Positions 52,601 to 64,000 of a stretch of DNA of 64,000 bases are shown here, piece after piece. Source of the DNA: Eledone cirrhosa (taxonomy: Eukaryota); the NCBI GenBank assembly GCA_964016885.1, contig OZ024743.1:366668001-366732000 (forward strand), read 5' to 3'. A model generated the notes under the pieces. It was not told where the DNA came from. It saw only the letters and a list, made by a program, of their open reading frames with translations, and did no database searches. The first letter of the stretch is position 1; the number at the start of each line of letters is the position of its first letter. The translations under genes and the position numbers were made by a program.

Positions 52601-55600
52601 CGTTACCACTACTACTACCATTACTACAACTCCCACCATTACCACTACTACTACCATTACTACAACTTCCACCATTACCACTACTACTACCGTTACCACT
52701 ACTACTACCATTACTACAACTCCCACCATTACCACTACTACTACCATTACTACAACTTCCACCGTTACCACTACTACTACCATTACTACAACTTCCACCG
52801 TTACCACTACTACTACCATTACTACAACTTCCACCATTACCACTACTACTACCATTACTACAACTACCACCGTTACCACTACTACTACCATTACTACAAC
52901 TTCCACCATTACCACTACTACTACCATTACTACAACTTCCACCATTACCACTACTACTACCATTACTACAACTTCCTCCATTACCACTACTACTACCATT
53001 ACTACAACTCCCACCATTACCACTACTACTACCATTACTACAACTTCCACCATTACCACTACTACTACCATTACTACAACTCCCACCATTACCACTACTA
53101 CTACCATTACTACAACTCCCACCGTTACCACTACTACTACCATTACTACAACTCCCACCATTACCACTACTACTACCATTACTACAACTTCCACCATTAC
53201 CACTACTACTACCATTACTACAACTCCCACCGTTACCACTACTACTACCATTACTACAACTACCACCGTTACCACTACTACTACCATTACTACAACTTCC
53301 ACCATTACCACTACTACTACCATTACTACAACTTCCACCATTACCACTACTACTACCATTACTACAACTTCCTCCATTACCACTACTACTACCATTACTA
53401 CAACTCCCACCATTACCACTACTACTACCATTACTACAACTTCCACCATTACCACTACTACTACCATTACTACAACTCCCACCGTTACCACTACTACTAC
53501 CATTACTACAACTCCCACCGTTACCACTACTACTACCATTACTACAACTCCCACCATTACCACTACTACTACCGTTACTACAACTTCCACCGTTACCACT
53601 ACTACTACCATTACTACAACTCCGACCGTTACCACTACTACTACCATTACTACAACTCCCACCATTACCACTACTACTACCGTTACTACAACTTCCACCG
53701 TTACCACTACTACTACCATTACTACAACTCCGACCGTTACCACTACTACTACCATTACTACAACTCCCACCATTACCACTACTACTACCGTTACTACAAC
53801 TTCCACCGTTACCACTACTACTACCGTTACCACTACTACTACCATTACTACAACTCCCACCATTACCACTACTACTACCATTACTACAACTTCCTCCATT
53901 ACCACTACTACTACCATTACTACAACTCCCACCATTACCACTACTACTACCATTACTACAACTTTCTCCATTACCACTACTACTACCATTACTACAACAC
54001 CCACCATTACCACTACTACTACCATTACTACAACTTCCTCCATTACCACTACTACTACCATTACTACAACACCCACCATTACCACTACTACTACCATTAC
54101 TACAACTCCCACCGTTACCACTACTACTACCATTACTACAACTCCCACCGTTACCACTACTACTACCATTACTACAACTTCCACCGTTACCACTACTACT
54201 ACCATTACTACAACTCCCACCGTTACCACTACTACTACCATTACTACAACTTCCACCGTTACCACTACTACTACCATTACTACAACTCCCACCGTTACCA
54301 CTACTACTACCATTACTACAACTTCCACCGTTACCACTACTACTACCGTTACCACTACTACTACCGTTACCACTACTACTACCGTTACCACTACTACTAC
54401 CATTACTACAACTTCCACCATTACTACAACTCCCACCATTACCACTACTACTACCATTACTACAACTTCCTCCATTACCACTACTACTACCATTACTACA
54501 ACTCCCACCGTTACCACTACTACTACCATTACTACAACTCCCACCGTTACCACTACTACTACCATTACTACAACTCCCACCATTACCACTACTACTACCA
54601 TTACTACAACTTCCTCCATTACCACTACTACTACCATTACTACAACTCCCACCATTACCACTACTACTACCATTACTACAACTTCCTCCATTACCACTAC
54701 TACTACCATTACTACAACTCCCACCATTACCACTACTACTACCATTACTACAACTTCCTCCATTACCACTACTACTACCATTACTACAACTCCCACCATT
54801 ACCACTACTACTACCATTACTACAACTTCCTCCATTACCACTACTACTACCATTACTACAACTCCCACCATTACCACTACTACTACCATTACTACAACTT
54901 CCTCCATTACCACTACTACTACCATTACTACAACTCCCACCGTTACCACTACTACTACCATTACTACAACTCCCACCATTACCACTACTACTACCATTAC
55001 TACAACTTCCTCCATTACCACTACTACTACCATTACTACAACTTCCTCCATTACCACTACTACTACCATTACTACAACTCCCACCATTACCACTACTACT
55101 ACCATTACTACAACTTCCTCCATTACCACTACTACTACCATTACTACAACTCCCACCGTTACCACTACTACTACCATTACTACAACTCCCACCATTACCA
55201 CTACTACTACCATTACTACAACTTCCTCCATGACCACTACTACTACCATTACTACAACTTCCTCCATTACCACTACTACTACCATTACTACAACTCCCAC
55301 CGTTACCACTACTACTACCATTACTACAACTCCCACCATTACCACTACTACTACCATTACTACAATTCCTCCATTACCACTACTACTACCATTACTACAA
55401 CTCCCACCATTACCACTACTACTACCATTACTACAACTTCCTCCATTACCACTACTACTACCATTACTACAACTTCCTCCATTACCACTACTACTACCAT
55501 TACTACAACTACCACCATTACCACTACTACTACCATTACTACAACTCCCACCATTACCACTACTACTACCATTACTACAACTTCCACCATTACCACTACT

Positions 55601-58600
55601 ACTACCATTACTACAACTTCCTCCATTACCACTACTACTACCATTACTACAACTTCCTCCATTACCACTACTACTACCATTACTACAACTCCCACCATTA
55701 CCACTACTACTACCATTACTACAACTTCCACCATTACCACTACTACTACCATTACTACAACTCCCACCATTACCACTACTACTACCATTACTACAACTCC
55801 CACCGTTACCACTACTACTACCATTACTACAACTCCCACCATTACCACTACTACTACCATTACTACAACTCCCACCGTTACCACTACTACTACCATTACT
55901 ACAACTTCCTCCATTACCACTACTACTACCATTACTACAACTACCACCATTACCACTACTACTACCATTACTACAACTACCACCATTACCACTACTACTA
56001 CCATTACTACAACTTCCTCCATTACCACTACTACTACCATTACTACAACTTCCTCCATTACCACTACTACTACCATTACTACAACTCCCACCATTACCAC
56101 TACTACTACCATTACTACAATTCCTCCATTACCACTACTACTACCATTACTACAACTCCCACCATTACCACTACTACTACCATTACTACAACTTCCTCCA
56201 TTACCACTACTACTACCATTACTACAACTACCACCATTACCACTACTACTACCATTACTACAACTACCACCATTACCACTACTACTACCATTACTACAAC
56301 TTCCTCCATTACCACTACTACTACCATTACTACAACTTCCACCATTACCACTACTACTACCATTACTACAACTTCCACCATTACCACTACTACTACCGTT
56401 ACTACAACTTCCACCGTTACCACTACTACTACCATTACTACAACTTCCACCGTTACCACTACTACTACCATTACTACAACTACCACCGTTACCACTACTA
56501 CTACCGTTACCACTACTACTACCATTACTACAACTCCCACCATTACCACTACTACTACCATTACTACAACTTCCACCATTACCACTACTACTACCATTAC
56601 TACAACTCCCACCATTACCACTACTACTACCATTACTACAACTTCCACCATTACCACTACTACTACCGTTACCACTACTACTACCATTACTACAACTCCC
56701 ACCATTACCACTACTACTACCATTACTACAACTTCCACCGTTACCACTACTACTACCATTACTACAACTTCCACCGTTACCACTACTACTACCATTACTA
56801 CAACTTCCACCATTACCACTACTACTACCATTACTACAACTACCACCGTTACCACTACTACTACCATTACTACAACTTCCACCATTACCACTACTACTAC
56901 CATTACTACAACTTCCACCATTACCACTACTACTACCATTACTACAACTTCCTCCATTACCACTACTACTACCATTACTACAACTCCCACCATTACCACT
57001 ACTACTACCATTACTACAACTTCCACCATTACCACTACTACTACCATTACTACAACTCCCACCATTACCACTACTACTACCATTACTACAACTCCCACCG
57101 TTACCACTACTACTACCATTACTACAACTCCCACCATTACCACTACTACTACCATTACTACAACTTCCACCATTACCACTACTACTACCATTACTACAAC
57201 TCCCACCGTTACCACTACTACTACCATTACTACAACTACCACCGTTACCACTACTACTACCATTACTACAACTTCCACCATTACCACTACTACTACCATT
57301 ACTACAACTTCCACCATTACCACTACTACTACCATTACTACAACTTCCTCCATTACCACTACTACTACCATTACTACAACTCCCACCATTACCACTACTA
57401 CTACCATTACTACAACTTCCACCATTACCACTACTACTACCATTACTACAACTCCCACCGTTACCACTACTACTACCATTACTACAACTCCCACCGTTAC
57501 CACTACTACTACCATTACTACAACTCCCACCATTACCACTACTACTACCGTTACTACAACTTCCACCGTTACCACTACTACTACCATTACTACAACTCCC
57601 ACCGTTACCACTACTACTACCATTACTACAACTTCCACCGTTACCACTACTACTACCATTACTACAACTCCGACCGTTACCACTACTACTACCATTACTA
57701 CAACTCCCACCATTACCACTACTACTACCGTTACTACAACTTCCACCGTTACCACTACTACTACCATTACTACAACTCCGACCGTTACCACTACTACTAC
57801 CATTACTACAACTCCCACCATTACCACTACTACTACCGTTACTACAACTTCCACCGTTACCACTACTACTACCATTACTACAACTCCCACCATTACCACT
57901 ACTACTACCATTACTACAACTTCCTCCATTACCACTACTACTACCATTACTACAACTCCCACCATTACCACTACTACTACCATTACTACAACTTTCTCCA
58001 TTACCACTACTACTACCATTACTACAACACCCACCATTACCACTACTACTACCATTACTACAACTTCCTCCATTACCACTACTACTACCATTACTACAAC
58101 ACCCACCATTACCACTACTACTACCATTACTACAACTCCCACCGTTACCACTACTACCACTACTACTACCATTACTACAACTCCCACCGTTACCACTACT
58201 ACTACCATTACTACAACTTCCACCGTTACCACTACTACTACCATTACTACAACTCCCACCGTTACCACTACTACTACCATTACTACAACTTCCACCGTTA
58301 CCACTACTACTACCGTTACCACTACTACTACCGTTACCACTACTACTACCGTTACCACTACTACTACCATTACTACAACTTCCACCATTACTACAACTCC
58401 CACCATTACCACTACTACTACCATTACTACAACTTCCTCCATTACCACTACTACTACCATTACTACAACTCCCACCGTTACCACTACTACTACCATTACT
58501 ACAACTCCCACCGTTACCACTACTACTACCATTACTACAACTCCCACCATTACCACTACTACTACCATTACTACAACTTCCTCCATTACCACTACTACTA

Positions 58601-61600
58601 CCATTACTACAACTCCCACCATTACCACTACTACTACCATTACTACAACTTCCTCCATTACCACTACTACTACCATTACTACAACTCCCACCATTACCAC
58701 TACTACTACCATTACTACAACTTCCTCCATTACCACTACTACTACCATTACTACAACTCCCACCATTACCACTACTACTACCATTACTACAACTTCCTCC
58801 ATTACCACTACTACTACCATTACTACAACTCCCACCATTACCACTACTACTACCATTACTACAACTTCCTCCATGACCACTACTACTACCATTACTACAA
58901 CTTCCTCCATTACCACTACTACTACCATTACTACAACTCCCACCGTTACCACTACTACTACCATTACTACAACTCCCACCATTACCACTACTACTACCAT
59001 TACTACAATTCCTCCATTACCACTACTACTACCATTACTACAACTCCCACCATTACCACTACTACTACCATTACTACAACTTCCTCCATTACCACTACTA
59101 CTACCATTACTACAACTTCCTCCATTACCACTACTACTACCATTACTACAACTACCACCATTACCACTACTACTACCATTACTACAACTCCCACCATTAC
59201 CACTACTACTACCATTACTACAACTTCCACCATTACCACTACTACTACCATTACTACAACTTCCTCCATTACCACTACTACTACCATTACTACAACTTCC
59301 TCCATTACCACTACTACTACCATTACTACAACTCCCACCATTACCACTACTACTACCATTACTACAACTTCCACCATTACCACTACTACTACCATTACTA
59401 CAACTCCCACCATTACCACTACTACTACCATTACTACAACTCCCACCGTTACCACTACTACTACCATTACTACAACTCCCACCATTACCACTACTACTAC
59501 CATTACTACAACTCCCACCGTTACCACTACTACTACCATTACTACAACTCCCACCATTACCACTACTACTACCATTACTACAACTCCCACCGTTACCACT
59601 ACTACTACCGTTACTACAACTTCCACCGTTACCACTACTACTACCATTACTACAACTCCCACCGTTACCACTACTACTACCGTTACTACAACTTCCACCG
59701 TTACCACTACTACTACCATTACTACAACTTCCACCGTTACCACTACTACTACCGTTACTACAACTTCCACGATTACCACTACTACTACCGTTACTACAAC
59801 TTCCACCGTTACCACTACTACTACCATTACTACAACTCCCACCGTTACCACTACTACTACCATTACTACAACTTCCACCGTTACCACTACTACTACCGTT
59901 ACTACAACTTCCACCGTTACCACTACTACTACCGTTACTACAACTCCGACCGTTACCACTACTACTACCATTACTACAACTCCCACCATTACCACTACTA
60001 CTACCGTTACTACAACTTCCACCGTTACCACTACTACTACCATTACTACAACTCCGACCGTTACCACTACTACTACCATTACTACAACTCCCACCATTAC
60101 CACTACTACTACCGTTACTACAACTTCCACCGTTACCACTACTACTACCGTTACCACTACTACTACCATTACTACAACTCCCACCATTACCACTACTACT
60201 ACCATTACTACAACTTCCTCCATTACCACTACTACTACCATTACTACAACTCCCACCATTACCACTACTACTACCATTACTACAACTTCCTCCATTACCA
60301 CTACTACTACCATTACTACAACACCCACCATTACCACTACTACTACCATTACTACAACTTCCTCCATTACCACTACTACTACCATTACTACAACACCCAC
60401 CATTACCACTACTACTACCATTACTACAACTCCCACCGTTACCACTACTACTACCACTACTACTACCATTACTACAACTCCCACCGTTACCACTACTACT
60501 ACCATTACTACAACTTCCACCGTTACCACTACTACTACCATTACTACAACTCCCACCGTTACCACTACTACTACCATTACTACAACTTCCACCGTTACCA
60601 CTACTACTACCATTACTACAACTCCCACCATTACCACTACTACTACCGTTACTACAACTTCCTCCATGACCACTACTACTACCATTACTACAACTTCCTC
60701 CATTACCACTACTACTACCATTACTACAACTCCCACCGTTACCACTACTACTACCATTACTACAACTCCCACCATTACCACTACTACTACCATTACTACA
60801 ATTCCTCCATTACCACTACTACTACCATTACTACAACTCCCACCATTACCACTACTACTACCATTACTACAACTTCCTCCATTACCACTACTACTACCAT
60901 TACTACAACTTCCTCCATTACCACTACTACTACCATTACTACAACTACCACCATTACCACTACTACTACCATTACTACAACTACCACCATTACCACTACT
61001 ACTACCATTACTACAACTCCCACCATTACCACTACTACTACCATTACTACAACTTCCTCCATTACCACTACTACTACCATTACTACAACTTCCTCCATTA
61101 CCACTACTACTACCATTACTACAACTACCACCATTACCACTACTACTACCATTACTACAACTTCCTCCATTACCACTACTACTACCATTACTACAACTCC
61201 CACCGTTACCACTACTACTACCATTACTACAACTCCCACCATTACCACTACTACTACCATTACTACAACTTCCTCCATTACCACTACTACTACCATTACT
61301 ACAACTCCCACCATTACCACTACTACTACCATTACTACAACTTCCTCCATTACCACTACTACTACCATTACTACAACTCCCACCGTTACCACTACTACTA
61401 CCATTACTACAACTCCCACCATTACCACTACTACTACCATTACTACAACTTCCTCCATGACCACTACTACTACCATTACTACAACTTCCTCCATTACCAC
61501 TACTACTACCATTACTACAACTCCCACCGTTACCACTACTACTACCATTACTACAACTCCCACCATTACCACTACTACTACCATTACTACAATTCCTCCA

Positions 61601-64000
61601 TTACCACTACTACTACCATTACTACAACTCCCACCATTACCACTACTACTACCATTACTACAACTTCCTCCATTACCACTACTACTACCATTACTACAAC
61701 TTCCTCCATTACCACTACTACTACCATTACTACAACTACCACCATTACCACTACTACTACCATTACTACAACTACCACCATTACCACTACTACTACCATT
61801 ACTACAACTTCCTCCATTACCACTACTACTACCATTACTACAACTTCCTCCATTACCACTACTACTACCATTACTACAACTCCCACCATTACCACTACTA
61901 CTACCATTACTACAACTTCCTCCATTACCACTACTACTACCATTACTACAACTTCCTCCATTACCACTACTACTACCATTACTACAACTCCCACCGTTAC
62001 CACTACTACTACCATTACTACAACTCCCACCATTACCACTACTACTACCATTACTACAACTTCCTCCATTACCACTACTACTACCATTACTACAACTTCC
62101 TCCATTACCACTACTACTACCATTACTACAACTCCCACCATTACCACTACTACTACCATTACTACAACTTCCTCCATTACCACTACTACTACCATTGCCA
62201 CTACTACTACCATTACTACAACTTCCTCCATTACCACTACTACTACCATTACTACAACTCCCACCATTACCACTACTACTACCATTACTACAACTTCCTC
62301 CATTACCACTACTACTACCATTACCACTACTACTACCATTGCCACTACTACTACCATTACTACAACTCCCACCATTACCACTACTACTACCATTACTACA
62401 ACTTCCTCCATTACCACTACTACTACCATTGCCACTACTACTACCATTGCCACTACTACTACCATTACTACAACTCCCACCATTACCACTACTACTACCA
62501 TTACTACAACTTCCACCATTACCACTACTACTACCATTACTACAACTCCCACCGTTACCACTACTACTAGCATTACTACAACTACCACCGTTACCACTAC
62601 TACTACCATTACTACAACTCCCACCATTACCACTACTACTACCATTACTACAACTTCCTCCATTACCACTACTACTACCATTACCACTACTACTACCATT
62701 ACTACAACTACCACCATTACCACTACTACTACCATTACTACAACTTCCTCCATTACCACTACTACTACCATTACTACAACTCCCACCGTTACCACTACTA
62801 CTACCATTACTACAACTCCCACTGTTACCACTACTACTACCATTACTACAACTTCCACCATTACCACTACTACCACCATTACTATAACTACCACCGTTAC
62901 CACTACTACTACCATTACTACAACTTCCACCATTACCACTACTACTACCGTTACTACAACACCCACCATTACCACTACTACTACCATTACTACAACTTCC
63001 TCCATTACCACTACTACTACCATTACTACAACTTCCACCGTTACCACTACTACTACCATTACTACAACTTCCACCGTTACCACTACTACTACCATTACTA
63101 CAACTTCCTCCATTACCACTACTACTACCATTACTACAACTTCCACCGTTACCACTACTACTACCATTACTACAACTTCCTCCATTACCACTACTACTAC
63201 CGTTACTACAACTTCCTCCATTACCACTACTACTACCATTACTACAACTTCCACCATTACCACTACTACTACCATTACTACAACTCCCACCGTTACCACT
63301 ACTACTACCATTACTACAACTCCCACCATTACCATTACTACTACCATTACTACAACTCCCACCATTACCACTACTACTACCATTACTACAACTTCCACCG
63401 TTACCACTACTACTACCATTACTACAACTTCCACTACTACTACTACCGTTACCACTACTACTACCATTACTACAACTCCCACCGTTACCACTACTACTAC
63501 CATTACTACAACTCCCACCATTACCACTACTACTACCATTACTACAACTCCCACCATTACCACTACTACTACCACTACTACAACTTCCACCGTTACCACT
63601 ACTACTACCATTACTACAACTACCACCGTTACCACTACTACTACCATTACTACAACTTCCACCGTTACCACTACTACTACCATTACTACAACTTCCACCG
63701 TTACCACTACTACTACCATTACTACAACTCCGACCGTTACCACTGCTACTACCATTACTACAACTACCACCGTTACCACTACTACTACTACCATTACTAC
63801 AACTTCCACCATTGCCACTACTACTACCGTTACTACAACTTCCTCCATTACCACTACTACTACCATTACTACAACTTCCACCATTGCCACTACTACTACC
63901 ATTACTACAACTTCCACCGTTACCACTGCTACTACCATTACTACAACTTCCACCGTTACCACTACTACCACCGTTACCACTACTACTACCATTACTACAA
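46648..64000. repeat. Giant 36-bp minisatellite (about 480 units, runs off the window) in an RB1 intron
   Basis: Consensus accattaccactactactaccattactacaactccc, with tcc/ccc/acc and att/gtt variants. Nearly G-free on the + strand. Confidence 0.98.

Noticed and set aside
46483-63992. Giant ORFs (1571, 3370 and 1448 aa; poly-Val, poly-Thr, His/Tyr, Leu/Pro)
   Set aside because: They are stop-free because of the triplet, G-poor repeat composition. Single ORFs drift among three unrelated peptide repeats at frameshift units, and the region is an RB1 intron.
46648-64000. CRISPR array or telomeric repeat
   Set aside because: There are no unique spacers, the context is eukaryotic with no cas genes, and the unit is not TTAGGG-like.

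Overview
AT-rich, repeat-dense animal genomic DNA. The repeat landscape (RTE LINEs, tRNA-SINEs with ATG-repeat tails, long (TA)n tracts) suggests a cephalopod such as Octopus; this is inference. Two spliced genes converge, and the ORF track misses most of their exons. On the + strand is the 3' end of a class-5 semaphorin: a TSP1 exon at 5312-5458 and a TM/cytoplasmic terminal exon at 10238-10638. On the - strand is the 3' half of a retinoblastoma (RB1-type) gene: nine phase-consistent coding exons from 46526 down to the stop at 25822, covering the end of pocket B and the C-terminal domain. Introns and the intergenic region hold RTE LINEs, SINEs, a mariner, a palindromic Merlin remnant, a non-autonomous Helitron, Penelope remnants and several hammerhead-ribozyme-like motifs, some inside fold-back elements. 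From about 46648 to the window end, a >17 kb 36-bp minisatellite with higher-order structure lies inside an RB1 intron. Its giant ORFs are compositional artefacts. All protein and family assignments were made by eye from remembered motifs; no database searches were run.
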